64,000 bases of DNA from an uncultured bacterium. Lineage in GTDB: Bacteria; Actinomycetota; Acidimicrobiia; Spongiisociales; ZC4RG35. This document shows, piece after piece, positions 53,103 through 62,650 of this stretch. Position numbers and translations under genes: made by a program. Numbering within the stretch: the first letter of the stretch is position 1; every line of letters starts with the position of its first letter. The stretch covers positions 131,407 through 195,406 of the forward strand of contig CAVUYZ010000003.1 in the NCBI GenBank assembly GCA_963745865.1. The letters run 5' to 3'. The notes under the pieces are model-generated. The model ran no database searches. It was not told where the DNA came from and saw only the letters and a program-made list of their open reading frames with translations.

Positions 53103-53114
53103 AACCAATTGGTT
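53103..53114. promoter_or_regulatory. Candidate TetR operator: perfect 12-bp palindrome AACCAATTGGTT within ttaaccaattggtttaaccacatggttag
   Basis: Lies 29 nt upstream of the tetR start in an AT-rich divergent intergenic region. The half-site GGTT(T)A(A/G)C recurs twice downstream. Confidence 0.4.
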
Positions 53115-53264
53115 TAACCACATGGTTAGCAACGTATCGTATGTGACCAACGACCTCAAGGGGTCATCGAGATTGAGGACTTTCGACCGTGCTTCGCAGA
53201 GGCCTTCGCCATCGGTCGGCTGATAGTTTCCAGCCGTCGCAACGAGAGGTATGCCATCAGCAGT

Positions 53265-53387
53265 GTGACGATTGTCGGATTCTCTGTCACGGTCATTGCG
53301 TTGGTCGCGTTTCTCGCCGTCGCCTACTTCCAGCTCTCCCGGGTTCGTGGGGTCGAGCGCCCCCCTGATTCGGATCACCGACCGTGA
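53265..53387 (+). CDS. Possible 40-aa single-TM micro-protein, translationally coupled to the downstream permease
   Basis: GTG start, sequence VTIVGFSVTVIALVAFLAVAYFQLSRVRGVERPPDSDHRP*. The stop forms a GTGA overlap with the permease start at 53384. It is below the ORF-track length cut-off. Confidence 0.3.
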   Translation: MTIVGFSVTVIALVAFLAVAYFQLSRVRGVERPPDSDHRP

Positions 53388-55715
53388 GCAAGGACCGCCC
53401 CGCGCTGCAACCGCAGGAGACGGAGCTCTCCCGGTCTCTCGTCGGAATCGACATCACCCTGATCGGTGTCGGCGCCATGATCGGCGCCGGGATCTTCGTC
53501 CTGATCGGCCTCGCCGCTGGGGAGGCCGGTCCGGGGTCATGCTCGCACTTGTCCTCAACGGCATCGTGACGCTGTTCACGGCGATGGTGTACGCGGAGCT
53601 CGGCTCGGCCATCCCCGAGGCGGGTGGGGCTACCTGTGGGTCAAGGATGCGCTCGGACGCCAACAGAGTTCCTGGCCGGCTGGATGTCCTGGTTCTCGCA
53701 TTCCGTTGCCGGGGCCCTCTATGCGCTCGGTTTCGGCAGCTTCGTGACCGAACTCGTGCGGCGCTCGGGCGTCGATCTGCCAGCCCTCGGACCGCTGCGC
53801 TCCAACGTCTGGCTGGCCGTGGTGATCGTCGTCATCTTCGTCGGGATCAACTTCCGGGGCGCGTCCGAGACCGGCCTGGCCGGCAACATCATCACGATCG
53901 CGAAGATCAGTGTGATCGGGCTGTTCGTCGCCTTCGGTGTGGCGGCGATCTTCGGGGAGCCGACCGCAGCGCTCAACCGTTTCGAGCCGATGTTCCCCAA
54001 AGGTGCCGGAGGCGTCCTCACGGCGATGGGACTGACGTTCATCGCGTTCGAGGGCTACGAGATCATCGTCCAGGCCGGCGAAGAAGTGCGGGAGCCAGCA
54101 AGGCCATCCCGCGCGCCGTGTTCAAGTCGTTGATGATCGTGATCCCGATCTATGCGCTCGTCGCCTTCACGATGATCGGTGCGCTCGATCCTCCGGCCGG
54201 GTCGACTGTCGGCGAGTTCCTCGGCAAGGCGGGGGAGTTGGGCCTGGCCGAGGCCGCCGATGCCTTCATGCCCGCAGGTGCGATCGTGATTCTGATCGGT
54301 GGGATCCTCTCGACCATCTCGGCGCTGAACGCCACCACCTACTCGTCGACACGCGTGTCCTACGCGATGGGGCGCGACCGCGTGATGCCGGACGCGTTCG
54401 CCACCGTGCACGATCGCTTCCGGACGCCGCACATCGCGCTCGGCGCCACCGGCGTCCTGATGCTGTTCATGGTGGTCTTCTTGCCCATTGAGGCCGTCGC
54501 GGCGGCTGCCGACGTGATGTTCCTCCTCCTGTTCCTGCAGGTGCACTACGCGGTGATCCAGATCCGTGGGGAGATGGGTGACCGGGTTCGAGTACGGCTA
54601 CATCTGATGCCGTGGTACCCGTGGGTGCCGGTGCTCGGGATCATCCTCAACGCCAGCCTCGCGGTGTTCCTGGTGTTCTACGAACTGACCGGTTGGCTGG
54701 TCGCGATCGGGTGGATCCTCGTCGGCGTGGTCGTCTTCGTGACGTACTCCGGCGCCGGGTCGAACACGAGGACAAGCCGGTCGTTGCTTTCGAGGAGAAG
54801 AGAGGTGTACGGACGGGGCGCAGCGTCCTGGCCGCGATCGGAGCCGTCGACAATGCCGATGCTGTTCTCACCATCGCCGCGGCGATCGCCAGGGACCGAG
54901 GAGCCGAGGTTGTGGCGCTCAACGTTGTGCGGGTACCGCCGCAGCTCACGATGTCAGACGGTCGTCGCTACGCATGGACCGCCGATCCCGTGACCAGGCG
55001 GGTACGGGACCTGGCACCCCGGATCTCGGGTGTCGACATCAGCATCGTTGTCGGAATCGGTCGGCGGGTGTCGGAGACGATCGTATCGATCGGGCGCCGC
55101 GAAGAGGCCTCGGTGTGCGTGCTCGGGTGGAAGGGCTCGGTTCACGGCGATGCGGTCCGAGGCTCGGTTGCCCAGGAATTCCTGCGCGTGTCGCCGATCC
55201 AAACACTGGTGGTACGCGGGAGCGGCGCGCCCATTGCGTCGGTCGTGGTCGGTGTGAGCCCGGGACTTCGCCAATCGGAGACGATCGAGGCCGGTCTGTC
55301 GCTGGCACGGGGTCTTGATGTGCCGCTCCGTCTCGTCACCGTTGCGCGCCCGGAGGATCTCGACAACGGAGAACTCCGGCAGTGGCTCGACAGCGTCGAA
55401 GAGAAGGTCGCTGACTTCGGTGATGGTCAACTACCGGCGGTGTCGACCGAGGTGCTGTCGGGGGCGGACGTCGTTCAAGCGCTGGTCGACGCCGGCGGAG
55501 ACGATGGCCTGATGGTGGTCGGTTCTTCGCGGGATTGGGTCGTGCGCCAGAACCTGTTCGGTGCCTTTGCCGACGAGATCGCCAACCGCGCTCGATGTGC
55601 CGTCGTCATGGTTCATTCGCCCGAGACCATGCCCGTCAGCCTCTGGCGCCAGGCGGTGGGGTACCTTCGACTCGGTGGCCCGCGTCGCGATCGTTTCGCT
55701 CGCGTCCGATCCTGA
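53384..55715 (+). CDS. APC-family amino acid/polyamine permease fused to tandem universal-stress-protein (Usp) domains, with at least 4 frame breaks
   Basis: GIDITLIGVGAMIGAGIFVL..NGIVTLFTAMVYAELGSAIPEAGG..FIAFEGYE..ISALNATTYSSTRVSYAMGRD. The C-terminus has two Usp-like repeats (VVALNVV..VLGWKG; LRLVTVA..LMVVGSS..VVMV). Confidence 0.7.
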
Positions 55716-55919
55716 TGACACCTGAAGAGGACCCCGCTGGGATCGATTGACATGATCCCGCCGCTCTGAAAATCGGCCGAGCTCGAGGCCAGCTCGCGTC
55801 CTGGTGATGACACTGACATCACCTGGTCGTTCTGTGTCATGAAACGTGGTGTCGCATCGGCCGACGCGAAAGCCCTGACATGCCTATGGTCGGGAGTGAC
55901 GCCTTCAGGGAGGAAGACC

Positions 55920-56390
55920 ATGCAGGATGATGAACACGCCGGGTCGGAGCCATCGCAATCGCCGACCGAACAGACACCCGGAGCCCAGAGCGGTATGGCT
56001 CAGGATTTGACCGCTGCAGTCGCGAAGCTGGGGGCAGGTGAGAAGCTCGCGGTCCTCGGAGCCGCCGGCGTGCTCGCCGTGTGGCTGGTGTTCGACCTTC
56101 TGATCGATGAGTACTCGACCGGTTCTTTGGCGTTCGTGCTGGCGCTGGTCGTGTCATATGCCGCCTACCGCCATCACGGGCGTGGGAGCGATGGATGGGC
56201 CGTCCCATATCAGACGATCGTGTGGGTGGGAGCGTCGCTTCTTGGAGTGCTCGGCGTCTGGTTCCTCATCGAGGAGCTCAGAGGGGACATCTTCGACGCA
56301 GACGCTGCCACCATCATCGGGGCAGTGGCGTTCTACATCACGGCGATCGTTAGCGGAGTCGGAGCCTTCCAGCTGAGTTCGAAGCGCTGA
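55920..56390 (+). CDS. Hypothetical membrane protein
   Basis: The ATG at 55920 is preceded by gggaggaag. There are four hydrophobic segments. It lies within ORF 55839..56390. Confidence 0.45.
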   Translation: MQDDEHAGSEPSQSPTEQTPGAQSGMAQDLTAAVAKLGAGEKLAVLGAAGVLAVWLVFDLLIDEYSTGSLAFVLALVVSYAAYRHHGRGSDGWAVPYQTIVWVGASLLGVLGVWFLIEELRGDIFDADAATIIGAVAFYITAIVSGVGAFQLSSKR

Positions 56391-56409
56391 CCGGATCCGT
56401 CCCGACGGG

Positions 56410-56889
56410 TTGCCGATCGCGCGGCTCATGAGTCTCGATCAGCACTTCGCCGGACTTGTCGGAGATTGGTCGCTCGTGGGAGAGATCCTGGGGAAGCGGT
56501 TGGTCCAGGACGTCGAGGTGCGATCGGTGCTCGAGGGTGCGTACCTCCGCATCCACTATCTGCCGAGCACGGTCACACCGATCACCGATCGCCCGTACGA
56601 GGCGTTCAGCTTCATCGGCTGGGTTCCGGACGATGGGCCGATCATGTACCTCTTCGACACGTTTGGCGCGCGGTTCAGCGCCCCCGGCATCGGTCGCTTG
56701 GTCGAATCGGGACGATTCCGGTTCCGATTCGACTACCCCGACGGCGAGTTCCTCACCGACCTCATCGAGACCGACGACGGATGGCGTATCGAGCAATTCT
56801 CGGTTGTGGATGGGAGCGAGAAGCCATTCGGCGTCAAACGCCTCAGCAGGTCGAACCACGAGACGATGACACTTTGGCTTTTAGCATGA
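56410..56889 (+). CDS. Hypothetical protein
   Basis: Intact 159-aa ORF with high-GC3 coding style. I recognised no family. Confidence 0.4.
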   Translation: MPIARLMSLDQHFAGLVGDWSLVGEILGKRLVQDVEVRSVLEGAYLRIHYLPSTVTPITDRPYEAFSFIGWVPDDGPIMYLFDTFGARFSAPGIGRLVESGRFRFRFDYPDGEFLTDLIETDDGWRIEQFSVVDGSEKPFGVKRLSRSNHETMTLWLLA

Positions 56890-56929
56890 AACTCGCCGGG
56901 CATGGGGGCGAGCTTGTGTAGCCTGTTGT

Positions 56930-57331
56930 TTATTTCTTGAACGCTGGGCGATGCGCCGAACGAAATGCGCGACGAGGCCGGGGCCGAGGGAGGCTTCTGC
57001 CCGAGATCTCGGCGATCAACCGGTAGGTGGCGTCATCGACCGGCTCGACCGGCGCGTGACATAGATTGGAAACGAAGCCTCGATCGTCACGATACGGATG
57101 TGGTGGCCCGGCTTGGACTCGGTCACCTCGAAGGTCGATGCGACGCGACGGCCGAGGAACGAAGCGATCCGTCGGTACGTGGACCCGATGCGGATCGGAG
57201 GCTGGGGGAACCCACTGGCACGACGTCATGCCGCGCCGCCACTTGGGGTTCTTGGCGGTGTCAGCGAGGAACTCGAACACCTCGCCGGCCGAGCGTCGGA
57301 CCGTTCGTCGCGGGCCGAGAGCCATCCTCAC
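56930..57331 (-). CDS. SRPBCC-superfamily protein (polyketide-cyclase/START-like), frame-disrupted
   Basis: The N-terminus RRTVRRSAGEVFEFLADTAKNPKWRRGM is typical of this superfamily. The C-terminal part is readable only in other frames. Confidence 0.45.
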   Translation of the reverse strand: MRMALGPRRTVRRSAGEVFEFLADTAKNPKWRRGMTSCQWVPPASDPHRVHVPTDRFVPRPSRRIDLRGDRVQAGPPHPYRDDRGFVSNLCHAPVEPVDDATYRLIAEISGRSLPRPRPRRAFRSAHRPAFKK

Positions 57332-57743
57332 ACGTCGGCTCCTGGACCGCTGCCAGGCCCCGCGATCGCGAGGCGATCGAGGAACTTGGTCCAGCCGGTC
57401 GCGTGATCATCGCCAGCGCTTGTCTGGGATGCCGGAATGCACGGCTTGAGCAGAGTCTCGCCGTCCTCGTGTCCAAGCGTCAGGTCATGATCGTCGAGCC
57501 CGGAGGCACATCCGGGTGGCCGTTGAACCCCAGGTGAAGACCAGGCGCCTGGTAGGATCGATCTCGACGAAGGCGCAGCTGGTGATCGAACTGTCCCGAT
57601 TCGCCACCTGGAACTCGCCGCCTGGAATCTGGGTCGAGTGATGCACCGACTATATCGCATTCTGCGTACTTCTCCGATTTCGGTGAAGTATGGGAAGACG
57701 GGTTCTGGTGGTGGAGCGCATCGACGCTCGAACGAGTCTCCAT
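57328..57743 (-). CDS. SRPBCC/AHSA1-like protein with frame breaks
   Basis: M..DSFERRCAPPPEPVFPYFTEIGE.. and ..HATGWTKFLDRLAIA. The start forms a TGATG overlap with the upstream arsR-like stop. Confidence 0.55.
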
Positions 57744-58066
57744 CAGGCCGATCCTCTTGCGGCTCGGCCTCGGAGAGTTGGGTGAGACGATCGAGGTTGT
57801 CGCTCGACATCGACTGGGGTTCCGGTGCAAGCGGGCCGATGGTCTGGGCCTGCACGGTAGAGGCGATGCCCACCCTCTCGCCGTTCGGCGATCGAACGGA
57901 TCCTTCAGCATGCCGATGCGTCGGAGAATTGCTGGCCAACTTATTTCTAATCGGTCCGGCGATGTCTCCCGCAGGCATCTGATGTTCCCTATCAATTGAA
58001 GGATCTCGGGCCTCCGGGGAGACGGGATCGCGGCGATGGCGCGGGGATCGAGGGCTGTGAATCCAT
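57743..58066 (-). CDS. ArsR/SmtB-family HTH regulator with frame breaks
   Basis: SPRRPEILQLIGNIRCLRETSPDRLEISWPAILRRIGMLKD, then ERREGGHRLYRA in a shifted frame. Compare the recalled consensus DPTRR.IL.LL...CV.EL...L.ISQPAVS.HL.VLK.AGL..RREGR...Y.L. Confidence 0.5.
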
Positions 58067-58111
58067 GTTTACATCATTTAAGCAGAGAGTTAACATTGGA
58101 TTGTCATTAAA

Positions 58112-58133
58112 TCGAGATAAAGTGAAATCTCGA
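58112..58133. promoter_or_regulatory. Inverted repeat TCGAGAT-n8-ATCTCGA in the AT-rich arsR/SRPBCC divergent intergenic region, a candidate operator
   Basis: Read directly: atcgagataaagtgaaatctcgag. It lies between the arsR-like start (58066, minus strand) and the SRPBCC start (58161, plus strand). Confidence 0.3.
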
Positions 58134-58160
58134 GCCAGGAACTCAACCGGAGGAGCCAAC

Positions 58161-58664
58161 ATGTCACGCTCGACGGTTCTCGCGATCGAGACCACCGCCT
58201 CGCGAGAGGAGGTCTACCGTGCCCTTACGACTGTCGACGGGGTGCGGTCGTTCTGGACATCCGACGCAGACGCCGACGCCCGAGAGGGTGGGACGCGGCG
58301 GTCTGGATTCGAAGAGGCTCCGGCAACCCGTCGATGACGGATGGGACGCTGGCAGAGGGTATGTCCGTCGAATGGACGACGATCGGGCCATGGCCGGGCT
58401 GGGTCGGACCGAGATCGCCTGGACGCTCTCGGACGGGGCGAAGGGCGGCGACACCGCCTCTGCTCACACCGGTCGGGCTGACGAGACCAGCGACGCCGAC
58501 CCGGAGTAGTCGCCCTCACCTGGGCTCGGGTCCTCCTCGCATTGAAGGCGTACGTCGAATCGGGAGACCCGGCTTCCGCACTGGGTCACGCCCCGCTCGA
58601 AGACGACTCTTCTCACCTCTTCAGCCCATCGGCGACAGCTAGCCTCAACGGCCGGAGAGTGTGA
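58161..58664 (+). CDS. SRPBCC/AHSA1-like protein with frame breaks
   Basis: RBS ggagga. MSRSTVLAIETTASREEVYRALTTVDGVRSFWTSD.., then EGMSVEWTTIGPWPGW, TEIAWTLSDG and WARVLLALKAYVESGDP in other frames. Confidence 0.55.
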
Positions 58665-61600
58665 CGACCTGCGCGACGCGCGGAGCCGAAAACCGAGACG
58701 GAGCGAAAGTTCTTTCTGAGTGCGGGGCGCCCACTGCGGAGTACGTCCGGTGTGCTCCAATCCGGTCGACCGGAGCGAAAAGTTCTGTGCCGAGGCGGTT
58801 CCACCGCTGGCGGGTACCACGGCGCCTGCCAGCCCGGTTCCGGCGTATCAGCCCTCGGCGACGAACTGAGGAGCGGCGCTTCGACATTGCCATGTCCATC
58901 GACATCGTCGGATTTACCCGGCGGACCGAACAGCGCGACTCCGAAGAGGTCCGGCAGATGCTCACCCGCTACTTCGATCGGGCGCGAGAGATCGTCCAGC
59001 GATTCGGTGGCGTGATCGACAAGACATCGGCGACGCGGTCATGGCGGTGTGGGGGAGAAACGTCAACGATGAGGACGACGCCGAACGAGCGGTCGGGCGG
59101 CCCTGGAACTCGTAGGCAAAAGCGGAGCTCGGCGAAGCCGAGGGAATGGCGGGCTTGCAGGCGCGGGCGGGCGTGCTGAGCGGGGAGGCCGCCGTCGGTG
59201 GTGACGGGAATGCCACGACCGGTCTGATCATCGGAGACACCGTCAACATCGCTTCCCGGCTGCAGAGCGCCGCTGCGCCGGGTGCGGTCCTGGTCGGTGG
59301 GTCGACCCGGGACTGGCGTCCAGTGCCATCCTCTTCGAGTCGGTCGGACGCCTAGACCTGAAGGGCAAGTCGGATTCTGTCGAAGCGTTCCAGGCGGTCC
59401 GGGTGGTCGGCGGTCATGGGGGAGCGAGGCGGGCGGATGGCCTCACACCGCCGTTCGTCGGCCGGGCGGACGAACTTCGTTGCTCAAGGACAATCTTCAC
59501 GCAGTGAACGCGACGGTCGCCTGCGGTGGGTCTGATATCGGCCAGGGCGGCATCGGCAAGAGCCGGCTCGTCGACGAACTGTGGAACTATGTCGACGGGC
59601 TCACCACGACCTACTTCTGGCATCACGGCCGTTCACCTGCATATGGCGAAGAGCTCAGCTATTGGGCGGTCGGGAGATGGTACGACAGCGGTGTGAATCG
59701 CCGAGAGCGACGACGACCATCGTCTCGGACTCGACTCCGCACCACTCTCGCCGAGTTCGTGCCGGACGCCGACGATGGGCGTGGATGGAACCGCGCCTGG
59801 AGTCACTCCTCGGTCTGACCGAAGAATCGGTCGCCGACCGGATCGAGCTCTCGCTGCCTGGCGGATGCCCTTCACGGCGATCGCCGCTCGGGAGTCCGAC
59901 AGTCATGGTGTTCGAGGATCTCCACTGGGCCGACGATGGGATGCTGACTTCATCGAGGAGTTCGTTGGAATCGTGAACTGCCGATCCTGATCGTCACTCT
60001 GGGCCGGCCGAACTCCTGAACGACGGCCGGGATGGGGCTCCGGTCGTGCCAACTCGGTGGCCGCCTACCTCGCTCCCCTCTCTCCGACACCATGAAGGAT
60101 CTGGTCAGGGGAGTGAATCCGACACCCCAGCGACGCTGGTGGAGCGTCTGGCGGATCAGGCCGGTGGGATCCCCCTTTATGCGGTCGAGCTCTTGAGGAT
60201 GCTGCTGGCCCGGGAGCCATCGTCGCCACCGAAGCCGGCCTCTACCGCCTGTCGGGCGATGTCAGCGATATCGACATCCCCGAGTCGCTGCACGGGCTCA
60301 TCGGCGCTCGGATCGACCAATTCGACCCGGGCGACCGCTCCTTGATCGCCGACGCCGCCATCCTCGGTCAGTCGTTCACCCTCGGAGGTCTGGCGCGCTT
60401 CGCGATGAGGAGACCGACTCCCTGGCGGAGCCTCGAGCCACTCGTCCGTCGGGAGATCCTGTCGGTCAACCGTGATCCGCGGTCACCCGAGCGGGGCAAT
60501 ACCGGTTCGTGCAGTCGATCATCCGTGAGGGGCGCATCAGCGTGTCAGTCGCGCCGATGGACACGCTCGCCACATCGAAGTGGCCGAGTATTTTGATTCT
60601 CTCGGGCAACCCAAGTTGCCGGCGTGGTAGCGAGCCATTTCCTCGACGCTCTCGATGCAGCTGCCAATGGGAGTGCCGGCACCGACCTCCTCCGTCAGCG
60701 GACCATCGAAGCGCTCCTGTTGCGGCCGATCGCGCCGGTGCCCTCCAGTCGATCCCAGGTGTTCGCCTGTGTCGTCGGGGGATCGAGATTGCCGAGAGCG
60801 AGTCGATCGCGGCGAGTTGCTCATCCGCGCCTCCAGGTCGGCTCATGCGGCGCTCTATGCCGATGCGGGGGCTACGCAATCAGCGCGATCGAAGCCTTCG
60901 AGGCTGCGAACGATCTCAACGGTGTCCTCCGGCGTCGACCACGCTCCCCGGCTCTAGAAGAACACTGGCAGAAGCACGAAGGTTGGGAGCGCCTCGAGCC
61001 GCTCGTTCTCGAGTTGGAGACGATGCCACCCCCGAAGCGATCAGTGAACTGGCGGGCTCGTTGATGCTCGACGCCGAGGTCGAGCGGGGGCTCGAATGGT
61101 GTGACGCAGCATTGGCAGCGGCGGAGCGAGAAGACTCGATCCCGGTGTTCGCGGACACGCTGATCACCAAGGGCGTCGGTCTCGGACTGCGTTATCGGAC
61201 CCGCGAAGCGCTGATCCTGCTCAACGCTGGACTCGACCTGAGCCGGGAACACCACCTCACAGCCTCCAAACGTCGTGTTCTGCAGAATCTGGAGTACGTC
61301 ACGGCGTCCGACTCGCCGGAGAAAAATGAGTACCCCCTCGAGAAGCTCGAGGATGCGAGACGGATCGGTGAGACGCGAATGCTCACCGAGGTTTCGCTGA
61401 GTACGCGTGGGTGCCGCTCTGGCAATACCGGTGGGACGAGGTCGACGAAATCCTCGCATCGATCGACCCCGATGAGCTCCTCCGGAGGTTCAGCAGGAAT
61501 ACTGGGACATCGTGACGACACGCCAAGTATGGACGGGCGACCTGACAGCCGGGATCGCCAAACGACGGGCGCTACGCGACGAGTTGCAGAGCAGCGGCGA

Positions 61601-62081
61601 CAGTCAGACGAATGCGGCGGTACAGCTCGACATCGTCCAGGACGATGTTCTCTTGGGGCGTTTCGCCGAGGCCTATGACCGGGCCAAGAGCGAGCTGCCG
61701 ATGATCCAGTCAGGCTCGACCTCTGGTTTCGAACACAGACATCGATCCTGCTGCATGACCGCCAACGGATCAGTGAGACCGCAGTGGCGGCCCAGAAGAA
61801 CCGATATCGGGGGCGGTATTCCGACCTCCTCAAGCATGCGACCCAGGGTGGGTTGGCGGCGTTCGACGGGGAAACTGACGAGGCCGCCGTCCAGTGGGAG
61901 CGAGCGGTCGAGCTCGCTGAAGAAGCGCTCCCGCTCGGACTGCGGCCCATGTGTGGGCGATGGCGGCAGTGTCGCTCGGTCACGATCATCCCTTCGGGCA
62001 CGAGATGGACGGAAGGCCTATGACACCTGGACGTCGGCCGGCGTGACGACCCTGTGGACATCTTCCACGAGGGCGTCCTAG
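58661..62081 (+). pseudogene. Large signalling protein: zinc-ribbon, adenylate/guanylate cyclase, AAA_16 ATPase and TPR-like domains. It is heavily frame-disrupted, with more than 10 breaks.
   Basis: DIVGFTRRTEQRDSEEVRQMLTRYFDRAREIVQRFGGVIDK..GDTVNIASRLQSAAAPGAVLVG (cyclase). GQGGIGKSRLVDELW..VMVFEDLHWADDGML..GGIPLYAVELLRML (AAA_16). The pieces are spread over all three frames. Confidence 0.7.
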
Positions 62082-62122
62082 CCCCGGAGTCCTCGGCCGA
62101 CTCCACCAAGTACGCCTGATCC

Positions 62123-62173
62123 CGTTCTTGTCAGGCTTGACCGCGATATGGCCACGGCTGGCTGACAAGAACG
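62123..62173. repeat. Perfect 12-bp inverted repeat CGTTCTTGTCAG / CTGACAAGAACG with a 27-nt spacer
   Basis: Arms at 62123-62134 and 62162-62173, in the intergenic region between the cyclase pseudogene and the SRPBCC gene. Confidence 0.85.
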
Positions 62174-62222
62174 TGTTCTCGCGACAGCCCGATACCGTTG
62201 GGGCGAATCCAAGGAGACCACA

Positions 62223-62640
62223 ATGCGACCAGTAGACCGGCTCGTCGCCGTCGACGCATCCCTGACAGATACCTGGCAGACATTGATCGATGCCGAGAAG
62301 TGGCCCAGTGGGCGCCACACATCCGCAAGATCGACGTCAACCCGCCTGGCAAAATCGACGCCAACTCTTCAGCAACGATTCGATTCACCTCAGGACGCCC
62401 GATGCACGTGGCCGTCACCGAGTTTCGAGCCGGGAGGTTCTTCCGGTGGACCGGTCGATTCCTCGGATCGACCGTGTCATACGACTACGTGGCCACCTCG
62501 GCTGGACAGGGGTCGGAGATCTCTTCATCATGGAGGTCACCGGACCAACGGCGCGATTCGTCAGCGCCTGGCTCGGACGCACCTACAGCAGCCAGCTGGA
62601 CGACGCCATTCCGCGCCTGCGGGAGCATCTCACTCGCTGA
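62223..62640 (+). CDS. SRPBCC-superfamily protein (polyketide cyclase/dehydrase-like) with frame breaks
   Basis: RBS aaggag. MRPVDRLVAVDASLTDTWQTLIDAEKWP, then QWAPHIRKIDVNPPGKIDANSSATIRF.., then FIMEVTGPTARFVSAWLGRTYSSQLDDAIPRLREHL. Confidence 0.55.
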
Positions 62641-62650
62641 CCTCGAGAGG

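Noticed and set aside
57328-57978. A 216-aa ORF taken as one protein
   Set aside because: Re-framing shows two genes joined by a TGATG overlap at 57743: an ArsR-type HTH regulator (57743-58066) and an AHSA1-like protein (57328-57743).
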